64,000 bases of DNA from IMG/VR virus record IMGVR_UViG_3300046514_000338, positions 1 to 64,000 of that record, one strand, 5' to 3'. Below, in pieces: positions 8,552-17,785 of this stretch (position 1 is its first letter; each line of letters starts with the position of its first letter). The notes below the pieces were generated by a model that searched no databases, was not told the DNA's origin, and worked only from the letters and a program-made list of their open reading frames with translations. The position numbers and the translations under genes are program-made. The DNA is from a virus.

Positions 8552-8791
8552 TCAGGGGACAATATCTGAAACGTCCTTTATGTTTTGGTCAAGCTGCGCA
8601 CAAACCTTGTCTGTCTCATCAGAACTAAGGCCGGCGTTGTTTAGCTGGTCTTGGAGCGCCGCGATGGTTTTGTCTTTTTCGGTAATTGTGGTATTGAGGC
8701 TGCTAATAACCACCTCAAATTGCCGTTTTTCGTCTGCTATTTGTTGCGTGAGGGCGTTAATCCTGCTCTGCACATCTGCGAAGTTGCTCAT
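8552..8791 (-). CDS. coiled-coil protein
   Basis: Heptad pattern starting at MSNFADV. Confidence 0.7.
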   Translation of the reverse strand: MSNFADVQSRINALTQQIADEKRQFEVVISSLNTTITEKDKTIAALQDQLNNAGLSSDETDKVCAQLDQNIKDVSDIVP

Positions 8792-8858
8792 GATAATTAG
8801 TTTTAAGTTTTTATAGTTCCTATTAAACACCGATTAAAAGTAATCAAAATTTGCTGAT

Positions 8859-9022
8859 AAAAAAACCAGCGTGGAAACGCTGGTCGGTTGTTAAAATCGT
8901 ACTTATGAGTTATCGACCACAAAAATACAAAACCCCGCATAGAAATGCAAGGTTTTATTCATCTAATAATCGTTGCTTGCAACATAAAAAGAATCCCAAC
9001 AGCCGGGAACGGGTTGGGATTT
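8859..9022 (-). terminator. three tandem intrinsic-terminator-like hairpins
   Basis: ACCAGCGT-N4-ACGCTGGT, AAAACC..GCAT-N4-ATGC..GGTTTT and AATCCCAAC..GTTGGGATT, each followed by a U-rich run on the minus strand. Confidence 0.6.
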
Positions 9023-9074
9023 CTAATTTTCAAAACTATAAAAAAACAAAAATCTATGCGAAACAGTCGCTAAG

Positions 9075-9323
9075 TTAATATTTTAGCGTGAGATATTTCA
9101 CAACATTCATTTGGCAGTTTAAAATTTCTCCGATAACATGGCCGCGAAGCGTGTTCTGCATTGGCGTGACCTCTTCCCCGTCAGGACATACCATATCCGC
9201 GAGTTCTGCACATAATCTCTTGACGTAATCAATCTTGGGGTCATTAGATGGGTTGAATGAAATACTTACTAACTTTTCTCCAAATGTCATCTGTCGTTTT
9301 TGAAGATTGTCTTCTTGTGACAT
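9075..9323 (-). CDS. small helical-hairpin protein, Acb2/Tad1-like sponge candidate
   Basis: TFGEKLVSISFNPSND..VKRLCAELAD...EILNCQMNVVK pattern recalled from this family. Confidence 0.45.
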   Translation of the reverse strand: MSQEDNLQKRQMTFGEKLVSISFNPSNDPKIDYVKRLCAELADMVCPDGEEVTPMQNTLRGHVIGEILNCQMNVVKYLTLKY

Positions 9324-9453
9324 ACGCTTATATTTTTATTATTAAAATTAAAAGCCGCCACCAGTTGTCATTTTTTTAACCGATTATAACGTGGTTCAAC
9401 CAATGGCGGCCTTGGTGCATCGTCAGTTTAGTGTCCTCCGGTGCGACAGACAT

Positions 9454-9867
9454 TTATTTTAATGATTTATGGTGATATATTTTAAACAACAACTGCGCCG
9501 CTAACTCTTGGTTTGTCTTTTGTAACTTAAAGGTCATAGAATCGGCGCTATACCTTAGCTCTTCCATAAATTTATCAATAAACAAAGAAGCGTGTACTCT
9601 AAGGCCATACCCGGTGCCGGAACTCCTGAGTATATATCCCCGGTTTAGATTGGTCTTGCAAACAAACCACTCATCTTCTATTTTAACAAACTCTACGCTA
9701 TCGTTCCAGCCAAGTTCCATCAACCTACACGCCATTGCATTAAACCGTATGTGCCTGTGCCTATTTGCGCTTTTGTCAAACGTAATGGTTGCGCCACCCA
9801 TATTCCTTTCTGTGTATCGGTTAAATACTATCGGCTCTTTGGTTGCCGTTGTGTGGTTATTCTCCAT
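9454..9867 (-). CDS. hypothetical protein
   Basis: Probable start MENNHT overlapping the upstream gene. Confidence 0.65.
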   Translation of the reverse strand: MENNHTTATKEPIVFNRYTERNMGGATITFDKSANRHRHIRFNAMACRLMELGWNDSVEFVKIEDEWFVCKTNLNRGYILRSSGTGYGLRVHASLFIDKFMEELRYSADSMTFKLQKTNQELAAQLLFKIYHHKSLK

Positions 9868-10126
9868 TTTTGGCGGTTTTATTTTTTTCAACAATACTAA
9901 AACTATCATTCGATAGCCAATCGGCGGGGATGGCTTCAAGCCTATCATCCATCCCTAAATCTTTCAATATTATTCCCGCATTAAACGCAGCCTTCTTCCC
10001 ATAGCCGGGAGTTACTTTATACACTAGCATGTCTTGGTACACAGACACTTTTACTCCTCCGTATGCCTGCATAAAAATCATCAAATCTTCCTGAAGGTGT
10101 CTTTGTGGCTTTATTTGTGGTGTCAT
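9857..10126 (-). CDS. hypothetical protein
   Basis: Operon packing. Confidence 0.65.
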   Translation of the reverse strand: MTPQIKPQRHLQEDLMIFMQAYGGVKVSVYQDMLVYKVTPGYGKKAAFNAGIILKDLGMDDRLEAIPADWLSNDSFSIVEKNKTAKNGE

Positions 10127-10470
10127 GGGAACAAAGATTGTTGTTGTGAAGGTTTATCGTCGGGTAAGGTAAAAACAACACACATTTTTGGCTCGTCTAT
10201 TATACCAGATTTTTGCCACACCGTCCCCGGCAGCCCGGACGAAAGTTTTCTCGTTACCCCGGTATTAAATATTGTTCCATCTCGCTCCATTTCTGAAAGG
10301 CGCTTCCAAACCTGCGCATCTTTCATCGCGCATGATTTTGCTATTTCCTCAAACGTGCCTCCGACACGCAACTTCTCTAACCCAACCAACACCTTTTGTT
10401 TATGATTTGGTTTAAAGGGTTTAATAAAGGCTTCTGCCGCCTTAGACGTTGGTGAATGTTTTCGTTTCAT
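10123..10470 (-). CDS. winged-helix DNA-binding protein
   Basis: GGTFEEIAKSCAMKDAQVWKRLSEMERDGTI. Confidence 0.65.
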   Translation of the reverse strand: MKRKHSPTSKAAEAFIKPFKPNHKQKVLVGLEKLRVGGTFEEIAKSCAMKDAQVWKRLSEMERDGTIFNTGVTRKLSSGLPGTVWQKSGIIDEPKMCVVFTLPDDKPSQQQSLFP

Positions 10471-10533
10471 AACAAATGTTTTTAAAAAATTAGTTTCATA
10501 GATTTGGCGGCACAACTTTGGTTATTCATAGAC

Positions 10534-10737
10534 TTATAGCTTATCTATTTTTTTATTAACGTCTTCGATATTTACTTTATACTTCATAGCTTCGGCGTAA
10601 GTTGGGAATGATTTTAAAACATTTGAATCAACCACCTGCCCGACTAACTTAAATGCGCTTACCATTGCTTCCCTAGATGCTCTTGTTGTTATAAACAAAC
10701 TTTCATCATCCTTATTTCTGCACACCAAGTACGTCAT
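10534..10737 (-). CDS. hypothetical protein
   Basis: Operon packing. Confidence 0.6.
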   Translation of the reverse strand: MTYLVCRNKDDESLFITTRASREAMVSAFKLVGQVVDSNVLKSFPTYAEAMKYKVNIEDVNKKIDKL

Positions 10738-10960
10738 ATTTAAGTTCCAATTTATTAATCAACTCAGCTATCAGCGGGTACTCATTAATCATTTCGCTTG
10801 CGGTAAGATTTATTAAAAATGTTTTCTGCGCTGCTGTATCAGTAACAACTCCACGCTTTTTTGTTCGCATATTTTCAAATTCATTTTCACCATGATAAAA
10901 ATAAATATCCTGCGTATTAACATTCCGCACAACTGGTTTAAAAATCAACGGCATCTCCAT
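10712..10960 (-). CDS. hypothetical protein
   Basis: Overlaps the end of the helicase gene; probable start MEMP. Confidence 0.6.
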   Translation of the reverse strand: MEMPLIFKPVVRNVNTQDIYFYHGENEFENMRTKKRGVVTDTAAQKTFLINLTASEMINEYPLIAELINKLELKYDVLGVQK

Positions 10961-12824
10961 TATCGTCTTTATAGGGTAAATAAACATAACCATTTGACAT
11001 TACGGCTGGCAATTTCGAGCCTTGCATTTTTGAAAGTTGCGGGTCACATGGCATCCTACCGCTTTCTTCCGCAAATCTTTTCCTAGCCCACATTAATGTC
11101 ATAGGGAAGTTGCCAAGTTTCCCACCAGTTCTTTTTCTCTTTACTTTTTGAAGATAAATTTCTACTTCTGGGCTATTTTTATCTTCATGGAATCTTGGCC
11201 GGTGATAAGAAATTATTTGGTCTGCCTTATTCCCCCACATTGCTCCGCCAGCTATATCGTATATGTCAACAACGGGCAACACTTTCCCTTCTTGGTAGGT
11301 AGGATTTTTAGGATGAACGATGATATTGTAAACCAAATTGTTTAAAAGGGCAAAACGCTTAATATCCTTCAACACCTCTGATATATACTGGTCTTCTCTT
11401 TGATATGCTTTTTGTAAGTGGTCAAGTTGATTAAACGGGTCTACCAACACTCCGTCAACACCTTTCTTTAAAACCAAGTACCTAAATTTTTCATTTATTG
11501 AATGAATATCATGACCGTCTTCTGGGTAAACATAAAAAATATGTTCACCAATAAATTTTGCGCCCAAAGTATATTCTTCCTCCGACATTTGATTTAACCA
11601 TTTGCCAACAAACATTTCAATCAGGTCATCATAAAAATCATTGGCGGGGTAGTTCTCTGGACAAAACACAGCCCACCGCCATCCATCCCAAATACTCTTA
11701 GTTAGCATTATTTGTAAAACAAAAAATGTTTTTCCCCAGTTTGCATAGCCGGTAAACAAGTTTATGTCACCTTTCTTCCACCTAAAATATTCATCCATTT
11801 CATCAAACCGGCTTGTTGGCGCAAGTTGGATGCCTTTATTAAAATTTTCAAGCATGGACGGGAAAATATCGTCTACATAATAAACCCCTTCTATTGGGAT
11901 AGGGTCGGCATTATTGATGGAGTTATACACAGCCTCCTTACCTAAGTATTGCAGCACCTCGTTAAAATCTTTACATCTCCTTTTTAATCCGTTTTGCATC
12001 GGGACAACCCCTTCGATGGGATAGTTTATTGTTTTACACCTCTCAACTCCAAGCCGCCTAATCAATTCATCTCTCAATATTATCCCCGCCTCATCATCAT
12101 CTGTGGCGATGATTATTTCGTGAAATCCAACAAACCAATCAGAGCAATTATCAAGGTACTCCATGCGTTGATTCCCCTTGCTTGCACCATTAGGAACACT
12201 AACCACGCACCATTTTGAAAATTCTTCGTTCATTAATTCCCCTTCGTCGTTTGCTTTTTGGTCAACCCCAAACCCCGCCTCATACACACTCATGCAATCA
12301 ATTTCTCCTTCCGTGATGATGCAATATTTTTTTTCACCAATAGTATTCAGATTAAAGAAAATTAATTCTGCGTCCTTAACCATCTTAAAACTCTTTCTGC
12401 CGTCCCGGTACTTAATGTTGACCATTTCCCCATCCCTAAAATATGGGAAACAAATACAACTTTCCTCTTTTTGGGTTTGGGGCATCCACTCTTGTTTGCA
12501 AAAAATCATAAACTTATCAAGTGTGCTTTTGGAGATACCCCTACTAGCAAACCAAGACACCACAGCCGCTTTAAGGCTTAAATTTCGTAGTACATCTTGT
12601 GGTGGCTTCTCGTACTTCTTTTTATCCAATCGCCTTTCCTTACTTCTTACATTCCCCTTAAAGCCGCAATTATGACAATTATACTCCCCAGTGGTGATGT
12701 TTACCGAAAGTGGTTTATCGTTTTTATTCTTCCTTCCGTCAGAGCATTGCGGGCATTTTGTTTTCTCATTTCCCATCCGGCGGCTGAGTTTAATTCCTAG
12801 GTCTGATAACTTGTCGTAGTACAT
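10938..12824 (-). CDS. bifunctional DNA primase-helicase (T7 gp4/Twinkle-like)
   Basis: Zn ribbon CPQC..CHNC, TOPRIM TEGEID and ATDDD, Walker A GYANWGKT, LVDPFN and HP motifs. Confidence 0.92.
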   Translation of the reverse strand: MYYDKLSDLGIKLSRRMGNEKTKCPQCSDGRKNKNDKPLSVNITTGEYNCHNCGFKGNVRSKERRLDKKKYEKPPQDVLRNLSLKAAVVSWFASRGISKSTLDKFMIFCKQEWMPQTQKEESCICFPYFRDGEMVNIKYRDGRKSFKMVKDAELIFFNLNTIGEKKYCIITEGEIDCMSVYEAGFGVDQKANDEGELMNEEFSKWCVVSVPNGASKGNQRMEYLDNCSDWFVGFHEIIIATDDDEAGIILRDELIRRLGVERCKTINYPIEGVVPMQNGLKRRCKDFNEVLQYLGKEAVYNSINNADPIPIEGVYYVDDIFPSMLENFNKGIQLAPTSRFDEMDEYFRWKKGDINLFTGYANWGKTFFVLQIMLTKSIWDGWRWAVFCPENYPANDFYDDLIEMFVGKWLNQMSEEEYTLGAKFIGEHIFYVYPEDGHDIHSINEKFRYLVLKKGVDGVLVDPFNQLDHLQKAYQREDQYISEVLKDIKRFALLNNLVYNIIVHPKNPTYQEGKVLPVVDIYDIAGGAMWGNKADQIISYHRPRFHEDKNSPEVEIYLQKVKRKRTGGKLGNFPMTLMWARKRFAEESGRMPCDPQLSKMQGSKLPAVMSNGYVYLPYKDDNGDAVDF

Positions 12825-12825
12825 T

Positions 12826-12925
12826 GTTCGTTTTTAAAGAAAAAAAGAAAAAAGTAACAAAAAAGAAATAAAAGAAATACACTATACCTTATCCTTATCC
12901 TTGACCCTATCCTTGACCACCCTTA
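12826..12925. repeat. A-tract plus CCTTAT/CCTTGA short repeats, candidate replication origin
   Basis: AAAAAAAGAAAAAAGTAACAAAAAAGAAATAAAAGAAA next to CCTTATCCTTATCCTTGACCCTATCCTTGACC at the 3' end of the initiator-like gene. Confidence 0.35.
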
Positions 12926-13283
12926 GTCCTCTAATTGAGGACAACTTGACCTCAACCTTATCATATATCTTCGCAATACTCTCGTGTAGCCTATTATTAC
13001 CATTAAAATTGTCTCCGTACTGAAACGTGAAAAATTCCTCTATTAGCCAACAACTTCCATTCACCTTGCGTAATCTTTTTTTGCCTTTGTTAAATAACTC
13101 AAACGCTAAATCACTATCTATTTTAACACCATGCAATTGATTGAAAGTCTTTGTATTTACCTTAAACATTCCAGCATGGTCACACTTATCTTTCATATAA
13201 AACCAAAAAAACTTATATGCTAGTGGCATCTCTATAAACCAATCTTCTTCCCAAATTTCTGTTGACGTAAATCTTTTAGCCAT
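12882..13283 (-). CDS. phage replication initiator/replisome-organizer-like N-terminal domain
   Basis: MAKRFTSTEIWEEDWF..YKFFWFY..DKCDHAG and a KDKDK tail; directly upstream of the primase-helicase. Confidence 0.65.
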   Translation of the reverse strand: MAKRFTSTEIWEEDWFIEMPLAYKFFWFYMKDKCDHAGMFKVNTKTFNQLHGVKIDSDLAFELFNKGKKRLRKVNGSCWLIEEFFTFQYGDNFNGNNRLHESIAKIYDKVEVKLSSIRGLRVVKDRVKDKDKV

Positions 13284-13312
13284 TTCAAAATGATATGGAT
13301 ATAGCGGTTAAT

Positions 13313-13454
13313 AAAAAACAGAAAGCCCGGTCAAATTAATGACCGAGCCTCCGCACCTTTAAGCAAAAAATGTTTATTAAACGATATTGGCCGCAATATA
13401 CGGCAAAAAAATCATAGTATGAGAAATTAAAAATCATTGTTTGCTTAAAAGGTG
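13313..13454 (-). promoter_or_regulatory. structured 5' leader/attenuator of the replication operon
   Basis: 13354-13367 pairs with 13440-13454; terminator-like hairpin with U run at 13313-13348. Confidence 0.55.
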
Positions 13455-13457
13455 TTA

Positions 13458-13490
13458 CAAACTTAATATAATCTATGTGGCATTTCCAAA
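13458..13490 (-). promoter_or_regulatory. consensus Bacteroidota promoter
   Basis: TTTG-N21-TAAGTTTG. Confidence 0.8.
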
Positions 13491-13524
13491 TTTAGTTTTC
13501 AACATATATCATACTTCAAGTGTT

Positions 13525-13761
13525 TTATTGTTCGGTTGATTGTGGTTTTATTGTTTTTTTTGCTTTATTCCACTCTGCTATTCCTCTCAACGCCGCATTG
13601 GTTTCATTAATTTCTTTATGCAATTTGGGTATATCTTTCAATGAAAAATCTTTTTTCTTACCAGCGAATGAGTTAGGATTATCGGCATAAATAGTAATAG
13701 ATAAAATCCTATTCTCTAATTGATTTAGGCGATCATAAAGAAAGTTTGTCAATGCGCTCAT
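13525..13761 (-). CDS. hypothetical protein
   Basis: ATGA-coupled start MSALT. Confidence 0.6.
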   Translation of the reverse strand: MSALTNFLYDRLNQLENRILSITIYADNPNSFAGKKKDFSLKDIPKLHKEINETNAALRGIAEWNKAKKTIKPQSTEQ

Positions 13762-13964
13762 TGTTCCTGTTTTTGATTTTTCATTTCCTCTGGTTGGAGT
13801 ATTTTCATCCAATGGGTTGCGGGTATGATTGAGTTCAATCGTAAAATTCTCAACGAAAATCTACCCCAATTACCATTAGAAAATTTAAAAAGCACATCCT
13901 CATCCAATTCTGGCAAAGGGTTTCCTTCTTTTATCTCTATCCAAGTAAAGGGGGGAATGTTCAT
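13758..13964 (-). CDS. DUF551-like small protein
   Basis: WIEIKEGNPLPELDEDVL...ATHWM. Confidence 0.6.
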   Translation of the reverse strand: MNIPPFTWIEIKEGNPLPELDEDVLFKFSNGNWGRFSLRILRLNSIIPATHWMKILQPEEMKNQKQEQ

Positions 13965-14158
13965 GGTTGTTGCTTTTTTAGTGATTGCCAATTATCGTAA
14001 CCTTCGCAATTAACGATTCCAGATATTGAAATTATTTCCTCAGCCGACAAACATCTTTCTTTCCAATATTTAGCCTTTGATGTTTTTCTGCCTATATAAA
14101 TTCCAGCGGCGAAGCCATAAACAATAGTGAATATTACGGCCATTTCAATAGTTGTCAT
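13961..14158 (-). CDS. small membrane protein
   Basis: N-terminal transmembrane helix. Confidence 0.6.
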   Translation of the reverse strand: MTTIEMAVIFTIVYGFAAGIYIGRKTSKAKYWKERCLSAEEIISISGIVNCEGYDNWQSLKKQQP

Positions 14159-14212
14159 GGTTTACTGTTTTGATTGTTTGCTTGAATTGTTTTTTGGGGC
14201 ACGGATTAAAGA

Positions 14213-14431
14213 TTAATTGGCCGGAACCGCATCGGGAACGGGAAGCCTTGCAATTCTTTCCAGTAAGCATTGGCTATAGGTTAGCATTGCCTGTGATTGA
14301 ATGTTCAGTATGGTTATCTGAACCGAATCAATAGTGTCGATCTTCTCACTTTCAAGAAATGCTACAAGTTTTGTCCGGCGGTCATCAAGTTGTGCCTTTT
14401 CTTCTAAAAGGCGGTCTCTAAAGTTTGACAT
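14213..14431 (-). CDS. crAss001_48-like helical protein
   Basis: RLLEEKAQLDDR..KL.AF....QSQAM.TY...L.ERI pattern. Confidence 0.6.
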   Translation of the reverse strand: MSNFRDRLLEEKAQLDDRRTKLVAFLESEKIDTIDSVQITILNIQSQAMLTYSQCLLERIARLPVPDAVPAN

Positions 14432-14454
14432 ATTATTTTATTTTAAATTGTTAC

Positions 14455-15093
14455 TTACTTTGATTGTTTGAAAATTTGGTATAGTTCGGGTATGGAATAA
14501 TCAGCCTTGTATTCTGGCAAATCGGTTTCCCACGTATATTTATCGGCCGGGTCATCATATACTTCATGACAGTGTTTTTCGATAAACAATCCAAACTCTA
14601 TTGCTTCCTCTTGGGTGGCTTCCTGAATAGTATTTTCATTTAGTAATTCAATAAGTTTTTTGGCGTTGTCTGCGTAATGATCTTCGTTCCAGTTTTGGTG
14701 TGAATATTTTTCATGGATAGCCAATAGCCCCCGTAAAACATAAATGATTTTTTCTTTATCAATATTTTGGGTGGCTTCCTTTGCTGGATAATATTTTGGA
14801 ATAATCTTCGCCCCGCCGCATACATCGCAAATACCAAGACCACCACTCACCAAAGTAGTTCCTGTTGACCTAAACGGGAAGTAAACATCTCCAACGCCAT
14901 TACATTTCGGACAAAGTTGATATTCGATTCCTTCCTTTACTGCGGGTTGGGATGAATTAAAATATTGCTCTATTTTTTTTATTTGAGGTTCGCTAAAATG
15001 TTCTCCGTTTACAAGGATAGTCAACTCCTGCCGCCCATCTTGATTTCTTCCTTCAAAAACGTAAACCTTCGGTTCTCTTTCTGTATTGCTCAT
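14455..15093 (-). CDS. mosaic protein with a DnaJ-type zinc finger
   Basis: CPKCNGVG and CDVCGGAK. Confidence 0.65.
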   Translation of the reverse strand: MSNTEREPKVYVFEGRNQDGRQELTILVNGEHFSEPQIKKIEQYFNSSQPAVKEGIEYQLCPKCNGVGDVYFPFRSTGTTLVSGGLGICDVCGGAKIIPKYYPAKEATQNIDKEKIIYVLRGLLAIHEKYSHQNWNEDHYADNAKKLIELLNENTIQEATQEEAIEFGLFIEKHCHEVYDDPADKYTWETDLPEYKADYSIPELYQIFKQSK

Positions 15094-15103
15094 AAAATAG
15101 GTA

Positions 15104-15400
15104 TTAAAGATTGTTTTCGTTTTTGAATGCGGAAAACGTTTCATGTTTATAGTAGCCGCCGTCAATTTCAAGTGCATCTCTCGATAAATCATAAGACTTA
15201 TTCCATGCTTTTTTAATCAATTCTTTCAGTCTCACTATCTCTGCATCTTTATCTTCTGAAGTAGGGGAAGGGGCTGCAAGAAAATTATCAATATCATTAA
15301 TACACTCCTGTACGTGCCGATATAATTGGCCGTGATTCCCCTCCGTGACGTTTAATTTCTTTCTGATTGCCATTAACGCTTCTATTTCTGTATTGCTCAT
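15104..15400 (-). CDS. hypothetical protein with a DKDAEI..LK module
   Basis: C-terminus paralogous to 15412-15921. Confidence 0.65.
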   Translation of the reverse strand: MSNTEIEALMAIRKKLNVTEGNHGQLYRHVQECINDIDNFLAAPSPTSEDKDAEIVRLKELIKKAWNKSYDLSRDALEIDGGYYKHETFSAFKNENNL

Positions 15401-15411
15401 GGTAATAGTTT

Positions 15412-15921
15412 TTAAAGATTGTTTAGTTTTGAATATTCGTACCACTCTTCTTCAACTTCTTCATTTATACTTTGTGTGCTTCGGGCGTCATCCTCACTAG
15501 CATTGCTTAACTCAAAAGAAAGCGATATATATACACTCTTCAATAATCCTTTCAATCTCTCAATCTCTGCATCTTGCTCTTTAAACTTATCTAGAATTGC
15601 ATCGAATAGTGGCTGATTCGGCTCTCCAATATCGTTCCTACCAAAAATAAACTCCCTAACTTTATCAGTTGTCTCCCGATAAAACTCTACCTTCTTTTTA
15701 TACAAATCAAGTTCTGCATCTTTATCTTGAATGGATGGAGGGAGTTCGATAAGATATTCTTTGATTGACCATCTATGAAAATGTTTAGGCCACACCGTCC
15801 CCATTGCTCCGCCTTCCATTATTACAAAGTATGGTAATGCCTTTTCGGGGGGCACATTTCCATCATATTTTACTGCTCTATAGAGTTTTTCACTTGTGCC
15901 CGATTGGTTGTTGTTTTCCAT
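15412..15921 (-). CDS. hypothetical protein with two DAE(I/L) modules
   Basis: QDKDAELD and EQDAEIERLK; ends NNL like its neighbour. Confidence 0.7.
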   Translation of the reverse strand: MENNNQSGTSEKLYRAVKYDGNVPPEKALPYFVIMEGGAMGTVWPKHFHRWSIKEYLIELPPSIQDKDAELDLYKKKVEFYRETTDKVREFIFGRNDIGEPNQPLFDAILDKFKEQDAEIERLKGLLKSVYISLSFELSNASEDDARSTQSINEEVEEEWYEYSKLNNL

Positions 15922-16150
15922 GAGTTTTAGTTTTAAGCCCTTTTCTTGCTGGTGAATTTGGCGTTGTCATTACTAAGATTTCTTTCACTTCCGCCTGAAA
16001 CATTCTGATAGCATCCGCCCTAAATCGGCCATAGGCCGAAAGATTATATTTTGCTGAATAAATAATCCACATATCAGTGGCCTTGTCCTTAAATTCAATC
16101 GCCTTAATAGGGACATTTATTTCAACGCTGGTTCGTTTCTTATCTGACAT
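15890..16150 (-). CDS. HicB-like fold protein
   Basis: WIIYSAKYNLSAYGRFRADAIRMF resembles the HicB N-terminal domain. Confidence 0.45.
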   Translation of the reverse strand: MSDKKRTSVEINVPIKAIEFKDKATDMWIIYSAKYNLSAYGRFRADAIRMFQAEVKEILVMTTPNSPARKGLKTKTHGKQQPIGHK

Positions 16151-16153
16151 AGC

Positions 16154-16396
16154 TTATGGGGTTTGCATTGCTGCTTTTAAAACATCAATTTGTTTCTGCT
16201 GCTGTTCGATAACCCGCCACATTGACTTTGCAATATCATCAAACCACCACACGGGAATATTCGCTTCGAAATGAATTTCTGACCCCTTCTCGGTTTTACC
16301 TCTTAGTTCAAGTGTTGCATTATTTGTTACACGCCAACCGCCAAGTCGGAAATCAAAAACTTCTTCTAATTTATATTTTCGTATTTTATTTGCCAT
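16154..16396 (-). CDS. hypothetical protein
   Basis: Operon packing. Confidence 0.6.
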   Translation of the reverse strand: MANKIRKYKLEEVFDFRLGGWRVTNNATLELRGKTEKGSEIHFEANIPVWWFDDIAKSMWRVIEQQQKQIDVLKAAMQTP

Positions 16397-16415
16397 GATG
16401 CTTATGGGGTTTAAT

Positions 16416-16682
16416 TTATTTAAATGCTCCTTTTGCCGAATCAATTTTTGGGTCGCCTAAATCAGGCTGCTTTGGAGTAATATCTTTATAGGTTTTGGCC
16501 GCTTCTTTCAAAGCATCAATTAACCATTTGTCCTTTCGAAATTTCTCTCTCCATTTAGACCGCAAAAAGATAACATCGGGTATATCACCCATCGCAAAAG
16601 TGTAAATATCTTTTAGCAGCCTATCCCGTTCTCCCTGCATCTTTGCAAATGCAGCCCGTGAAACATAAGTTCCTTTTTTCAT
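16416..16682 (-). CDS. hypothetical protein
   Basis: Operon packing. Confidence 0.6.
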   Translation of the reverse strand: MKKGTYVSRAAFAKMQGERDRLLKDIYTFAMGDIPDVIFLRSKWREKFRKDKWLIDALKEAAKTYKDITPKQPDLGDPKIDSAKGAFK

Positions 16683-16683
16683 C

Positions 16684-17346
16684 TTACGTGGTTTTAGTTT
16701 CTTTGGATAATAGTTCTGGGGTTTCGTAAATATTGCCGATTATTAATTTGTAGATGCTGTATGTTTCGCCGTCGTTAATTGGACTACCGTCTGAAAATTG
16801 AAACTGGCAAGTGTCATCATTCCATTCAACCCACAAAATGTTACCATTCAAAAACCGAATTAAGTCTCCTTCGTAAATTTCTTTATTGCTGTCATCCTTT
16901 AGGCCAGTAAAGGTTCCCCGGTATTCAAATTTTCCGCGTCTGAACGTTTTTGAGATAAGCTGACCCAGCGTAAAGACTGTTGTTATATTTCTATCCTTAT
17001 CATATAGCCTGAACTTTTTTTCATCGAAGATGGGTGATGTGCTAATAAATGCTCCGTTCTGATTCCTTTCACCCAAATGACCAACAGCATGATCCTTTGG
17101 ATTAGTTAGTTTAAGGTTTTCAATGCGGTTATCGTCTCGAATCTCATTAATGTGATGAACAAGTTCTTTTCTCGGGACTAAATATCTGCCCAACTGATTC
17201 TCTACTATCAATCTATGCTCCATTAAATACCCCCTTTTGTTGGCATGGGGATGGTATGATACCTTTCTCAACTGATAGCCATTTTCTTTATAGCCAAGAG
17301 TTTTATCTCCGTCCCATGCCCTGAATTTTATTTCTCGCTGTTCCAT
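16684..17346 (-). CDS. YopX-family protein with an inserted HNH endonuclease domain
   Basis: YopX ends REIKFRAWD and [23 protein letters not shown] enclose EHRLIVE...[16 protein letters not shown]. Confidence 0.85.
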   Translation of the reverse strand: MEQREIKFRAWDGDKTLGYKENGYQLRKVSYHPHANKRGYLMEHRLIVENQLGRYLVPRKELVHHINEIRDDNRIENLKLTNPKDHAVGHLGERNQNGAFISTSPIFDEKKFRLYDKDRNITTVFTLGQLISKTFRRGKFEYRGTFTGLKDDSNKEIYEGDLIRFLNGNILWVEWNDDTCQFQFSDGSPINDGETYSIYKLIIGNIYETPELLSKETKTT

Positions 17347-17347
17347 A

Positions 17348-17785
17348 TTACTTACTTTTAGTTTCGTGATCAGAAAGGATAATATCTATTTGTGTCTGGC
17401 TGCATACTTCCAATACCTTTATTCTCAATACACCAATATCTATTTTCAACCTCTCATTTCTATCCTTTAGTGATTGTAGTTCGGTTTCTTTTTTAATTAA
17501 TAGCTGCGTTAAATCAGAGCATCGCTTAGACCATTTCTCTGACCTTGTTTTCCACGTAAGGGTTTCCGCATCAACGAAATCTTTAATCGCCCTAATTTTA
17601 CTGCCATGAAGGGACATACCCTTTAATCCAACTATTAAGTCACTAATCTTGCCAGTAAGGTCGTCCTCAATATTTAAAGTATCTGTCATGGTTGTTAATT
17701 TGTTTGTTGATAATATTTTTTCCCTACATAAAAACCAATTTACCATAGCCTGCGCATATTTTATATATTCATTTTCCTCTGTCAT
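17348..17785 (-). CDS. hypothetical coiled-coil protein
   Basis: ORF in operon; start uncertain (17785 or about 17689). Confidence 0.55.
   Translation of the reverse strand: MTEENEYIKYAQAMVNWFLCREKILSTNKLTTMTDTLNIEDDLTGKISDLIVGLKGMSLHGSKIRAIKDFVDAETLTWKTRSEKWSKRCSDLTQLLIKKETELQSLKDRNERLKIDIGVLRIKVLEVCSQTQIDIILSDHETKSK

Noticed and set aside
12830-12884. Stop-codon reassignment (TAG read-through) as in some crAss-like phages
   Set aside because: Read-through gives a short Phe-rich nonsense peptide, and long genes are intact under the standard code
15890-16150. Complete HicAB toxin-antitoxin module
   Set aside because: No neighbouring HicA-like gene was recognised
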